Source of the DNA: Octopus sinensis
Lineage: Eukaryota
DNA length: 64,000 nt
Reading direction: 5' to 3'
Assembly (NCBI RefSeq): GCF_006345805.1
Contig: NC_043001.1
Span: 64,480,001 to 64,544,000, forward strand
The notes under the pieces were generated by a model that searched no databases, had not been told where the DNA came from, and was given only the letters and a program-made list of their open reading frames with translations. The first letter of the stretch is position 1, and each line of letters starts with the position of its first letter. Made by a program: the position numbers and the translations under genes. Below, piece after piece: positions 37,134-49,874 of the stretch.

Positions 37134-37137
<4 letters not shown>
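36550..37137. mobile_element. Element with perfect 45-bp terminal inverted repeats (TA-flanked, MITE-like) containing a hammerhead motif
   Basis: tacaaggtcatccacgtaacatttcatatctcgaacatttaatca at 36550-36594; exact reverse complement at 37093-37137. Confidence 0.8.
36599..36680 (+). ncRNA. Type I hammerhead ribozyme candidate with extended stem II
   Basis: ttccc-CTGACGA-agg[...tgatgcac-cctc-gtgcatta...]cct-GAAA-t(ggcc)a-TA-gggaa; AUA triplet, palindromic stem III. Confidence 0.7.
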
Positions 37138-37213
<76 letters not shown>

Positions 37214-37224
37214 ATATATATATA

Positions 37225-39060
37225 TAAATTAGAAAAAAAACACCTTTTATCAATTCAGTAATGAAAAATTAAATTATACCATTTAGAATACATCTTATAG
37301 AAAGATTAAATATAAGATAAAACATATGACAATGATTAAGTAATGTGCAAAAAAATAAATAAAATGTATATATTTAATAGAATAATGACACGTGTTTCGT
37401 GGCTATATTTAAGAAATGATAATAGTAATAATAATAGTAAAATCACTTCAATATAAATATAGTCACTCTTCAGGTTAAAGATAAAAACAATAAAATAATT
37501 AATTAGGTAAATTAATAAATATACGTAAATAATCTTGTAAAATACAAAATATCTTAACAAATATATTCTTGTTTACATTAAAAAATAGAATAAAAAATAA
37601 GATACAATTAATTAAAATATTTAAAACATATATATAAAATACAAAATATACATTAAGTGAAAACTAAATACTATAATTAAATCTATATATATTAAATTAA
37701 ATTATTAATTTATTTAATAAACATCTAAATAAAAATTATTAAGTAATTTATATTAAAATCCTTAATGTTAAGTAATATACATAATGTTAGTACAGCTATA
37801 AATATTAGAATTAAAAATAGGAAATGGTTCAAATATATACACACCTATTAGATAAACTAACTATATTATTAATATATATGTAGTATCTATAGATTTAATA
37901 TTTTACTTAATTATATAGTTGACCAAAATATCAATTAATATTAAACTCATTTACTTAAATGTAATACTATGTAATAAATAGACCACCTAACTATTTAATA
38001 GTATATTGTCTTACAAAACTATTTCTAAATTAAATTATATGTAATACATTAAATCACATTATAAAAATAATAATAAATATAATAAATAAATAGATATACA
38101 TATCATAACTAATAATTATCAAGAAATTATATATAAATTGATATTTTAACAACAATAATAATAATAATAATCAAACTTAATACAATTCAAAAGTTAAATA
38201 ATATTGTTAAATAAAAAATGTTACTTAGCTTGTCGATGAAAATAATATAACTGAATTTTAAATGTAAAAATGTAGGTCTTAGCGTTTATAAGAAATTAAA
38301 CTCGTGAAGACGTGTAAAAAAATAGAATAAAATTATCAATAAAAATGCCAAGAAATATTTATTAATGAAAAAGACAAAAAATATTTATTAATGAAAAGGA
38401 TGAAAAATATTTAAGCTTCAAGAATTAAAGAAAAATAGAATAACAAAACAACTATAAATGACTATTTACTATAAATTAAGTTCCAGATAATTATTACGTA
38501 AAATATACATATAATATTAAATTAATTTATATTACTATAACTAATTGGTCTTAATAAAATTATATATAATCATTTATGTATTAAGAAATATCTGTTTAAA
38601 ATTATTCAAATATATTAATATAACATATAATAATATAGTAAATTATACACTAATACTACTAAATAATATCTACAAGAAAGAAATAACATAACAAGAAATA
38701 AGGTTTTATACGTACAGAAAAATTAGCTAAACGTATCCTATAGGTAAATAAATTTATGTTAGCATTTATTTTTAAATGACTATTTACTATAAATTTAAAG
38801 ACCATATAATAAATACGTAAAATATATTATATTTAAATTAATTTATATTACTATAATTAATATATCTTAATAGATTTATATAATCATTTATTTATTAGGT
38901 AAACCTATTATATAGGTAATTTAATTTATGTTTACATTTAATTTTACATTCCTCTAATGAATTTACCAACACATAATTGTTATTAAATAATATTTCTTTG
39001 AATTCATTATTACACAATGAACAATAATTGCTCCCTATACAATATGATTTAGCCCTACAA
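37225..39060. repeat. Unclassified very AT-rich interspersed repeat; related copies at about 49150-49860 and 51860-53390
   Basis: Shared blocks aaaacaccttttatcaattca...acaccat(t/c)tagaa and agaataatgacac(g/a)tgtttcgtggctatatttaagaaatgat; inverted block at about 53260-53390. Confidence 0.6.
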
Positions 39061-39689
39061 ATAACCTCCCAAGTTAATTTATATTTAATAGATCTAGATA
39101 TATATACTCACACACACAAAACAAACACATATACCTATGTACATACACATCAATATATATGCATACATACTCATACTTAGAACTGTAAATTTTGCATTAG
39201 TGAACTGAGATAAAAAGGAGGGAATGGATAGTAAAAAATAGACAACATATATAAGGATAATGAACAGGGATGAATTAAATATTAAGACATGAAAAAAAAA
39301 GAGAGTAAATACATTATACAGAAAGAGGGAAGGAGTAAAGACAGAAGAAGAGAGAAAGAAATTTATAGAAAGAATAATAGAGTACTATCTTATCACTGGT
39401 CACACAGTGATAAGATAACTGGTTGTCTTAAACTATTAGTTAAAGCAAATGAAAGAAAAAATAAAATATGGAAAAAAGAGAACAGCAAATATGGATATCC
39501 TAAATTCTGAAATCTGTATATTTAGTATTTAATACCTGAAAGTAAGTGAGTCATAAATGAACCAGGGTTTACTGGAACTGTTAGACAATTCAGTTACAAC
39601 AATAGTAATATTGGGTCACACTAAGGTGAGACAAGTAACCTATTATTAAAGATTAATGTTTATGGCTTAGGATTATAGACAGGTTTAAA

Positions 39690-40544
39690 ATACCTAAGGT
39701 TTTCTATATAGAATGCAGGTATTTAATCCTAAGTTCACCTGGTCTATTAATAACCTTACCTGAGCATCTTAGGACTTCTAATAATTCCATATAACAAAGG
39801 TTACAACCATATTTATTGTTAATGAAAGGCTTAGCATGTTTCACAATACTCTGGGAATCTATCTTTTAACTCCCAGATTTTTATAGCAAGTGATGTAGGT
39901 TTTAGCTTTATCTTTTTTTGAAAGGTGAGCATTGTAATGTAATCTTAGTTTGACGAGGGGAAAGTTCAAACTATATCAATAAAAATAGTCTGGTTAGTAT
40001 GAATATTACATTGGTACACTATATTTTTAGTCAGGCACCTGTTACTTAGATGGTGGTGAAATTTATTTTTACAGTTACATAGTTTAGATGATGCAAAGAT
40101 CTGGGATCATAATTGGTGTAATATATCAATTCTACTGGCAGCACTCAGGTTACCATTAGAATTACTACTGTTACCATTATTAAGATTATTGTTATTGATA
40201 TAACTATCATTATAATCATTCTGGTCACTACTAATATTATTGCTACTGCCATTACCAATATAACTGCTATTATTGTTAGTAATAGTAGTATCACTGCTAT
40301 TGAAATTACCATTGTTGTTATTCTCAACATCACTACTGATAATATTATGATCCTCAGTGCCATTGTCTATGATTGTATGGCTGTAAAATTCCAGTGTCTC
40401 ATGGCTGTTGGAGATGATAGTAGTAGAACAAGCAGTCACAAATCGTTGCTGACAACCATTCTATTTGAAGATTACTCATTCTGACTACTAGATATGTGAG
40501 CTGAATGGACAGGATTAGATTGGGTTAGTCCTCATTAGGGCTAA

Positions 40545-40599
<55 letters not shown>

Positions 40600-41850
40600 T
40601 ATTGTGCATTTGTTAATAGCACTGATATTATCAGCTAGATTTGGTGTTATCGAAAACGAAAACTTAATTTATGCTTGTTAAAAATATGACTATATTTACT
40701 AGATGGAGGAAAATGTCATTCCAAAATACCAAAATGTTTCTTGGTAAGTTGTTTGACATTTGTAAACCATGGTGGATTATACCACAATATGTCAGTGTTA
40801 CATAACCTCCATCAATTATGGTGTTTATGGGAGTGCCTGTCATTTTTCATTCTTCTTACATAGTCATTAATATAGGTGCTCCTACCATCAATGCTATTAA
40901 TATCAGTACTTCCTGAGTAGCTATTGTCATAGCTACTATTAAATTTATTATTATTAAAGTGGTGAGCTTGCAGAATCATTAGAGGGCCAGAGAATATGCT
41001 TTGTAGCATTTCATCCATCTTTACATCTTGAATTCAAATTCCCCCAGGGTCAACTTTGCTTTTCATCCTTTTGGGGGTTGATGAAATAATACCAGTTGAG
41101 CACTGGGGTTGATAAAATCAACTTAACCCTCCCCACAAATTTCAGCTTTGTGCCCGTCACTACATTCTGAATTCAAATTCCACCAAGGTCGACTTTGCCT
41201 TTCATCCTTTCAGGGTTGATAAATTAAGTACCAGTGAAACACTGAGGTCAATGAAATTAACTAGTCCCTGCCTCAAAAATTTCAGGTTTTCTGCCTTTAA
41301 TAGAAAGGATCATTATTATTTTTATTATTGTTATTATTAGCATTGTCATTACTCATATTATCAATATTATCAAAGTTACCGCTAGTCGTATTTCAGTAAT
41401 TAACACAATCATTAGGGCAGCATTTTATGCTCTTTTCAGTTCCTAGTGGTGGGGAGGGCTGTTTGGCATCCATATCTGCTGTGGGGGATGTTATATTCAT
41501 GCTACTGAGGCATAGTTGGGATAAATAGTTCTTAAGACTAATGTTAGATAAGGATGTAATTTCTTGTGAGAAGCCACTAGCTGCAAGTTCTTGGTTATTA
41601 AATATTTCCTCTGCTGCTGATAGATCTGGGATCCTAATCAATATAATTTTAATCATGCTATTAAAAATAGATCTGTGCTGATTTGAGTATATATTAATAT
41701 ATTTTAGATATTCATTAATTAGTATATATTAATATATTTTAGATATTCATTAAGCTTTAGAAGAATTTAAATCTAATGTAACATCTAGGAAATTAGCAAA
41801 GAACTTATGTAGGGCCTTCCTAGTTTTCTCTAAAACCATTACAGATGACA
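39690..41850 (-). mobile_element. Highly degenerate Penelope-like element (Penelope/Poseidon-type GIY-YIG), interrupted by SINE and simple repeats
   Basis: NIVYQCNIH, IKIWELKD, KHAKPF...GCNLC...E at 39690-40030; thumb-like IPDLSAAEEIFNN at 41393-41656. Confidence 0.6.
41025..41310 (+). mobile_element. Two tandem CORE-SINE fragments
   Basis: gaattcaaattcc...ggtc(a/g)actttgc(t/c)tttcatcc...gataaa...taccagt occurs twice. Confidence 0.7.
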
Positions 41851-41899
41851 TCTATTGTCTTTTTTACAACTGCTTTATTACCTACACATCCCCACCTCT

Positions 41900-42480
41900 C
41901 ATTGTCTCAATTTAAATTTAGGTTGTGTCCTCAATAATGTTGTCACAAGTTCTGAAATTAGAGGTGCCACACACTTTAGCTGTTGGAGTTGAGTCCATTG
42001 TGTGTAGCTTCATGCTACTAAGTCATTTTTTATGGATTTTAGTTGTCTTTTGCATTTGATTATTTTGTATGATTCAAGTTTCTTTTTTATTCTTAGGTTT
42101 CAGCTCAATAATGATATATTCTGATGGATAATGCTGAACAGTTCTTGTTTCTTGGGTTGCATGTTGTATTTAAAGATAGTTTTGGGTGTTTCTGAAATGT
42201 TTTTGGCTTTTTATAACTCTTCAATGTCTATTGTTTTGACACGTTTTATTCCATTCTCTATTAGAGTAGATGGGTACTTTCTTTCAATTAGTGCCTCTTT
42301 TAGTTCCAAGAGTCTTTTATCCTGAATTTCCAGATTGGAGACAATTGTTTGGATTCTTCTTGCCAGGTTAAATGGAATATTTGTTTTGGTATATTCTGGG
42401 CGATATGAAATAAATAGTAGGTACTGTTTAGTCTGTTGGTTTATTGTGAGTTTTGGTTCCAGTGTTCATGGCATTCTTGA
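41900..42480 (-). mobile_element. Penelope-like RT thumb remnant
   Basis: TNIPFNLARRIQTIVS...RLLELKEALIERKYP, homologous to the thumb region at about 58100-58260. Confidence 0.7.
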
Positions 42481-42687
42481 AAACCAGTTTGTGCATTAAC
42501 TAATAGCATTCTGAGCCACATTCTTTGTATAAAAACAAATGACTCTCACAATGACCGCAAAAGACTCAATTTGCAACACAGACCCACATACCATACACTT
42601 AAAAATCAAATGTGAAACTGGTTGAGTGTGTGTGTGTGTGTGTGTGTGTGCGTGTGTGCGTGCACATGTGTGTATGTATATATATAT

Positions 42688-42719
<32 letters not shown>

Positions 42720-42779
42720 CTTAAATTTTAAATCCTCATATTTTTTAATTTCTAGGGATTTCTTGAGTTTGAGAAGACT

Positions 42780-43435
42780 CACCAAGCTAAGTAAACTGAA
42801 GGCCATGAAGGGTTGTCCTTTATATCCCCTGCACCACCACCTCTTGCACACAATCTACTCCCTCCCCCACTGCAACAACCCCCTCCCCAACTCATCTCCC
42901 CAGCACCCCTTCCCCACCCATACTCACCAACCGCTGCATTCCCACCATTCTCCCTCACATACCTACCTGCACACAATATGTTCCCATTGAATCTCATCCC
43001 CGCAACTTATCTACCTAATATTCCCTCCTACCTGTGCCTACCCATTACACCAACTCCATCTATCACTCCTTTTGCAATCTTATTAACTCACCCACTCACT
43101 CTCTCCAAAATCCAGCCCATTCATCCTCACTGTCATCTTCTCTCACTCACTCTCTTCTCTCCCCACTCTTTCACTGCCTGAGGCAGCCTCTAATGCAAGA
43201 CTTTTTTTCATGTCCCTCAATACTACTACCCACCTCAGCTCAGGGGTCTTGTCTTGCAAGTTACTTGACCTCACTGCAGGTGGTGCCATGTAAAAATGCA
43301 CCTAATACTTTCTGTAAATTGGTTGGTTTTGGGAAGGGCATCCAGCAGTAGAAATCATGCCAAGGCAGACAGCAGGGATTGGTGCAGTCTTCTGAATTGC
43401 TAGTTTCTGTGGACCTCTCCAACACATGCCAGTAT
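42780..43435 (+). mobile_element. RTE 3' UTR/tail remnant
   Basis: C-rich UTR followed by gcaagttactt...gtgccatgtaaaaatgcac...gggaagggcatccagcagtagaaa, like 19870-20190. Confidence 0.55.
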
Positions 43436-43870
43436 GTGTGTGTGTGTATACACACACACACAAAATTATCTAGAAAAAATGGGGTCTTGCATGGTCAAAC
43501 AGTGCTTGTTACCCCTTCTACAAAGCTCTACAATGATACCTAATATATATATATATATACACACACACAAATACACACTCACACATACATTCCTGCACAT
43601 ATACATGTAGACATGCACACGTACATACACATATATATGCATACATATACAAATGTCTTTCTATGTTTATACAATGATAATGATGATGATGATAAAGAAA
43701 AGAAGCAACTCTAATGATGAGAACGTGTAACATTAATAATAATAACATCAACAAAAGCAATAACAATAAAATGAAGTAATGATAAAAACAACAATGCCAT
43801 GCGTACATATACACATACACGCACGTGCATTTATGTACATGCACACACACACATGTAGACATACATATAC

Positions 43871-44027
43871 AGGTGCAGAAGTGGCTGTGTGGGATGAAGC
43901 TTGCTTCCCAATGACATGGTGCTGGGTTCAGTCTCACTGCATGACACCTTGGGCAACTGTCTTCTACTATAGCCTCAGGCCAACCACTTGTGAGTGGATT
44001 TGGTAGACAGAAACTGAAAGAAGCCTA
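43871..44027 (+). mobile_element. Octopus-type SINE 5' half
   Basis: aggtgcagaagtggctgtgtgg...gggttcagtctcactgc...gtagacagaaactgaaagaagcc. Confidence 0.8.
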
Positions 44028-45329
44028 TCATATATATATATATATATATATATACTTTTTTTTTTCTTGTTGCCCCATCTGTATTAACTTAATTTAACTT
44101 AGCTTGATCTAATTTAATTTAGCTCGATTTGATTTAACTTAATTCAATTTAATTTAATTTCATGTTTGCTTCATATGTGTCAATATCTTTGTTAATGCTT
44201 GAACTTCCTCGTTGATGCTATTTAAATTCAATTTGATTTAATTTAATTTTTGTTTGTTCCATATCTCCTTCACTTGCTATGATGTTTGCCTTCATAACCC
44301 TCTATATACTAAGATACAAGCATGGCATTTTGGCAGCCATATTACCTCCTTCCAGCTGCTTAGTAGTATAAATAAGCTCCTAACCCTTGATTCCCTTCTC
44401 ACAAAGGAACTACCCCTGGCTATTTAGACACATAAGCCGAGATATGCACAGGTAAGTTAAAATGGGTCTTTTGTTCTCAGCTCTATCGACTCTACACATT
44501 TTGTCACCCAGTCCGTATTAACTTTATTAACTTGATTAATTTGATTTTAACTAGATTTGATTTAACTTAATTCAATTTAATTTAATTTTATGCTAGCTTC
44601 ATGTGTCAATATCTTTGTTAGTGCTTGAACCTCCTTGTTAATACTATTTAAATTCAATTTAATTTCATTTTTGTTTGCTCCGTATCTCCTTCACTTGCTA
44701 CAATGTTTGCTTATCCATGATGTGCCCACCCTTTCCCTCCCCCACAACCTATACCAGAATCCGTTTCCAGCCCCGACCACTTATACCAGAAATCTCTCTT
44801 CTGTGCCGGAACCTCTCATGGCAACCCTTCCTCACCCTCCTCTCCACCCAGTAGTTTCACCCACATTGCTGCAATACACACATACTCTGTATCTTGCTAC
44901 TTTGTCCCAAAGAAAGCAAGACTAAATGTGACCATTTTGCACTCAGTTTTATTGTTTGGTTAATTATTGCTTGGTTAAATAGGATAAGGGTAGTTAATTC
45001 ATTAACCACGCTTATCCTATTTATTTACCTAACTTATCAGCATTTTATTAACATTGCTTTGTATTAATGCTGGTATGCAGCACCTGCCACCAATAGTGGT
45101 GACAGTAATTAACTAGTTAACCTATATATGTGTTTACTGGTATCTGTACTAATACTGCTGTACAGCACCCATGTCCAGTGAAGGTAGCAAGTGTAACATG
45201 AACGATGATGGATTAAATGCGAGGACAACCGCTTTGACATGTCTGTTGGCAAATTCTTGTTACAACTTTTCAGATGCTGATAGCTGCTGTTATCCATCCC
45301 CATGTTGCCTCCTGCCTCCCCTTACATTC

Positions 45330-47440
45330 CCTCAAAGTTGGCACTGTCAGAGTAGGCACATTGAAAGGTAGGTCCGGTGAGGTTGTTGTGATGCTTGGAA
45401 AAAGATGTGTTGATGTGTGTTGCATCTAAGAAGTTCAGTGGAGAGAAGCTTCAGCCAGGTTCCTTACTGGCAAAAGACATAGGAATAAATTCTTCTGGGA
45501 GGGCAACAGTGATGAGTAGAAAGTGTTGGTATACTTCTAGCAGAGAAATGGGTAAATAAGGCGATTGAAGTTGTCAGAGTATGTGACAGGATATTTAAGC
45601 TTAGACTAGTTTTGCAGAATAGTATAGCAGTAATCATCTCTGCCTATGCCCCACCCAACCTGGTCTGCCAAATGAACTAAAGGACTATTTATTCCTATGG
45701 CACTCTTGCAGACTACATCAAAGGCAAGTGACAGTGACCTTATCTTCGTGGCTGGTGATTTCAATGGACATGTTGGGCAGCACACAGGTGTCTTCCATGG
45801 GGTGCATGGAGGCCATGGAATTGGTTCCTGAAATGAAGAGGGAACAAGGCTGTGGGAGTTTTATGATGTGAATGACCTAATGACACCAGAAAGTCAGCCA
45901 ATCACCTGATAACTTATAAAGCCAGTGACCATGCAAGCCAAGTTGACTACATTCTCTCCAGAAAATGGGACTCATGGTTGCTCATAAATGCAGAGTCCTT
46001 CCCTAGAGAAGAATGTACCCCACAGTATGGGTTACTAATTAGTGACTTCAAGCTACAGGCATGAAGGCTTCGAAGAAGCAAGCCAGTTTGGAAAAGAAGG
46101 ATACGGAAGCTTAAGGATCCTTTGAATACTCAGAGATTTAGAGCTGTCCTAACTGAAGCATTTAATGAGTTACAGACTTGCAACATGGAAAATAATTGGA
46201 AGTTCCGAGACAACTTGCTGAGATCTACAGACCAAATTTGTGGCTGGTGCAAAATCCCAACCAGGCCTAGGGTGACGTGGTGGTGAAACAGTGTAGTTGA
46301 CAGGGCCATTAGAGCAAAGAAACAGGCTTGGAAGGACTAGAAGGGTAGTAGTGGCAAAGAGTTATATCAGGCAGCAAGAAGGGAAGCTAGGAGGCAGGTA
46401 TACATAGCCAAGAGTGAAACAGAAAGAAAGAAGTTTGCCAATGTTCTGCAGTGTGAGGACCAGTGGCTTGGTTTGCAAGACAGTGTACCAGGGAAAATTG
46501 TGATGTTGGAGAGAAGTGTGTTCACATGGATGAGGGTTCACTTGCAGTTAGTGGCTCTGTAAAGAAAGAGGTTTGGAAGTGTCACTATGAAAGGCTATTA
46601 AATGTAACGCACTCATAGGAGAAGGAGAGTCTGTCTACTGTGGATTCAACAGAGGGGTTAGAAACCTGAATAGACAGTAGCGTGGTAGACAAAGTCATAA
46701 AGAATATGAAAACGGAGAAAACCCGCCCATGGATCATCAGGAATAACAGCTGACATGCTTAAAATATCTGGCAGTGTGGGTTATGGTCTAGTTACATGTA
46801 TTGTTAATCAGGTATGTGTGTGAGTCATACCCAGTGACTGTTGTAGTTGCATCATAGTCAACTATTACAAAGGTAAAGGTGATGCCTTAGGCAGAAATAA
46901 TTACAGAGGTATCAAATTGTTGGATCAGATGATAAAAGTTACAGAGAAGGTCATAGCCCAACTAATTAGAAAGAGAGTTAGTCCAGATGAGATGCAGTTT
47001 GATTTTGTGCCAGAGAGAAGCACTTCTGACACCATGTTTCTGGTAAGGCAGCTGTAGAAGTATCTAGCCAAAAATAAACCTCTGTACATGACTTTTGTTG
47101 ATACAAAGAAAGCCTTGTGGAGAAGACTCAGGAAGACATAGGATGAAGTATTGAAGGCCAACCTCAAGATACAAAGGAGATTACTAAGGACTGAGCTAAC
47201 TAGCATATTGCTTTACTCAAGAAGACTTGTCCACCCCAGCAGAATTGATACTGCATAAAAATCACCTGTACTGGTGCCATGTTAAAAGCATCTAGTACAC
47301 TTTATGGAGTGATTTACACTAAGAAGGGCATACCAGAACAGACAATGGAGCCTAGTGTGGCCCCTGGCCTCACCAGCTCCAGTCAAACTGTCCAATCCAT
47401 GCCAGTATGGAAAATGGACGTTGAATAATGATGATGATGA
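45330..47440 (+). mobile_element. Degenerate RTE LINE (APE endonuclease, partial RT, tail)
   Basis: LKVGT...GTLKGRSGEVV, VISAYAP, FVAGDFNGHVG, QVDYIL, NYRGIKLL, QFDFVPERST remnants; (gat)n tail at about 47428-47440. Confidence 0.85.
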
Positions 47441-47454
47441 TATGTGTGTGTGTA

Positions 47455-47760
47455 TGAAGGAATGTGGCTTAGTGGTTAGGATATTCAGTTCACAATTGTA
47501 AGGCTCTGAATTTGATACTTGGCAGTTTGTTTTGTCCTTGAGCAAGACACTTTATTTCATGTTGCTCTAGTCCATTCAACTGGTAAAAATTAGTTGTATC
47601 TGTAATTCAAAGGGTTAGCCTTATCACAATCTGTGTCATCCTGTGTTTCCCTGAGAACTATGTATATCTGTGAAGTGCTCACCCACTCATACATTAATTT
47701 CACAAGCAGGCTCTTCTGTTGGTTGGATCAACTGGAAAACTTGTCAAACCAACAGCATGC
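47455..47760 (+). mobile_element. Old tRNA-derived SINE (V/Meta-type body)
   Basis: gtggcttagtggttagg head and gtccttgagcaagacactttatttca...ctagtccattcaactgg body. Confidence 0.55.
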
Positions 47761-47989
47761 CAGTTTCCAATGTGTGTGTGTGTGTGTATATATATTGTTT
47801 TTATTGAATGGGATCCATAAAGGATCAAGGCATATCAAAGTGAAGCATTCCACAAATTGGTTAGGCAAAACATGCTGTCAAGTTATTGATTATCTTTGTA
47901 GCTATGATCACTGTCATTTGGTAATTCACAATTCCAATATGATTCAAAAGTAATGAAAGATGAATGGAAACTTAAGCATGGTATTAAAA

Positions 47990-48790
47990 CATAATAAAAA
48001 CAGATAAATGGGTTATATGATGTTGCTAACAAGGAAACATGTACATAACTTCATGCACCACATGAAATTCTCTGGATATGACCAGAAAGATAGGATTTGT
48101 GTATACCGGGGAGCTAGAAAGAAATTAGATAGCATCATATGTAATGAAGCCAGTGGTACCTGCCCTAGATACAGAGGTAGAGACTAGAATAATATACAGA
48201 CGGTTTGTGACAAAGCAAACAATAAGAACATATGGTACAAGGCTAACAAATATCAAAGAGTGATGTTGTATTGGCCACACCCCATGGGGAATTAGCCTGT
48301 AGATTTAGGAAGATTCTGAGGGAGACCAAACCTAACATTAAGATTGTTGAGAAGCCAGAGAGCTCCATCAGATTACAATTATGGAGGACATACACCTTCG
48401 AAAATACTACATGCACTAATGAGAACTGATTGGCATGTAAGATTAACCCTGGTATTAATTGTAGAACTAGAAATGTGGTCTACAGTATTAGGTGCATAGA
48501 GAGTGCTTGTAAGGACAAAAACACAACATACATTGGAGAGACCTCTAGAAGTATTGTGGAGAGAATATATGGACACTTGAAGCAATATGACAAGAAACAG
48601 TCCTCCATACTCTATCAATATGCCAAAGACCAACATGGAAACACACTGGGCTGACTTGACATCCACATTTTATCAAAGCACCCAAAGGACCCATCACTCA
48701 GACAAATACAGGAGTACGCTCTCATAAATGAAACATCCCTTGTACTAAATGGGAAATACATGTAGAAGGTATTGATACCCCAATACCCAC
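47990..48790 (+). mobile_element. Penelope-like element 3' remnant with GIY-YIG endonuclease
   Basis: CRTRNVVYSIRC...TYIGETSRSIVERIYGH...RQIQEYALI; Cys-rich linker remnant upstream. Confidence 0.8.
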
Positions 48791-48864
48791 AGAATATACA
48801 TACATAGGTACATTTACTTGTAGGCTGTTCTGTAAGCAAATATGTATATATATAGATCACTAGC

Positions 48865-49030
48865 CACTACACATTCTTTATTTTCTCTCTTTGTTTCTTT
48901 CTATGTTCCTTTCTGTGGAAGAGCATAGGCTCAAAATGTTAAAGACTTCTTCACTTCCTGAGGTATAAACTAATACATCTGTTTGTTGTCTGCACCACCT
49001 GTCTTCGTCTTTTGTTTTTTGTGAATTCCC
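48865..49030 (+). mobile_element. Short pLTR-like repeat with decayed hammerhead, next to (TA)n
   Basis: cttt-CTGTGGA-a-gagc(atag)gctc-AAAA-tg-tt-aaag at 48909-48944. Confidence 0.55.
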
Positions 49031-49031
49031 C

Positions 49032-49097
<66 letters not shown>

Positions 49098-49117
49098 CAT
49101 ACATATAAATATATATA

Positions 49118-49168
<51 letters not shown>

Positions 49169-49874
49169 AAAATTTTAAAAAAACACCTTTTATCAATTCA
49201 AAATGAACAATTAAATTACACCATCTAGAAAATTACATATAATAGAAATATTAAAATTAAAATAACAATAAAATGTCAGTGATTAAGTAAATTGCAAAAA
49301 ATAATAATAATAAAAACGTATATAATTTGTAGAATAATGACACATGTTTCGTGGCTATATTTAAGAAATGATTATAGTAGTAGAGAAATCACTTTGATAT
49401 AAATATAGTCACTCATCAGGTTAAAAATAAACTAGAACAATAAAATAATTAATTAATAAATATACTTTAATATATATATATATATATATATGAAAATACT
49501 AAATATACATAAGTGAAAACTAAAACAATACTTAAATTATTAAATACTTTAAAATTAAATAAAATACACAATGCTAGTACAAGTCATTAAATTGTAATTA
49601 AAATAAGAAATGGTTCAAATATAGACAAACTCCTTAAATAAGCTAACCATATAATAAATATATATGTGTAATATCTATAGATTTAATATAACAATCTATA
49701 ACAAAGTTGACTAAATATCAAATAATATAATACCTAATTAAATTAAAATTTAATATTACAAATAAATAAGCCACCAAATAATTATTATACTATATTGTCT
49801 GACGAAATTAATTCTTAAATTAAATTAAAATAAATGTAATTCGTTAGATCCCTTTATATATAAATATATATATA

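Noticed and set aside
37225-39960. Mitochondrial insertion or rRNA-like sequence
   Set aside because: No recognisable mitochondrial gene or rRNA motif; 39690-39960 translates as a Penelope GIY-YIG C-terminus.
40107-40439. Asn/Ser-rich ORF
   Set aside because: Degenerate AAT-type low-complexity tract.
44462-44515. tgggt...gtc-accca hammerhead-like stem I
   Set aside because: CUGANGA and GAAA cores are absent.
49798-49858. CTGACGA motif in the AT-rich repeat
   Set aside because: No GAAA or stem III; it forms only a short inverted repeat.
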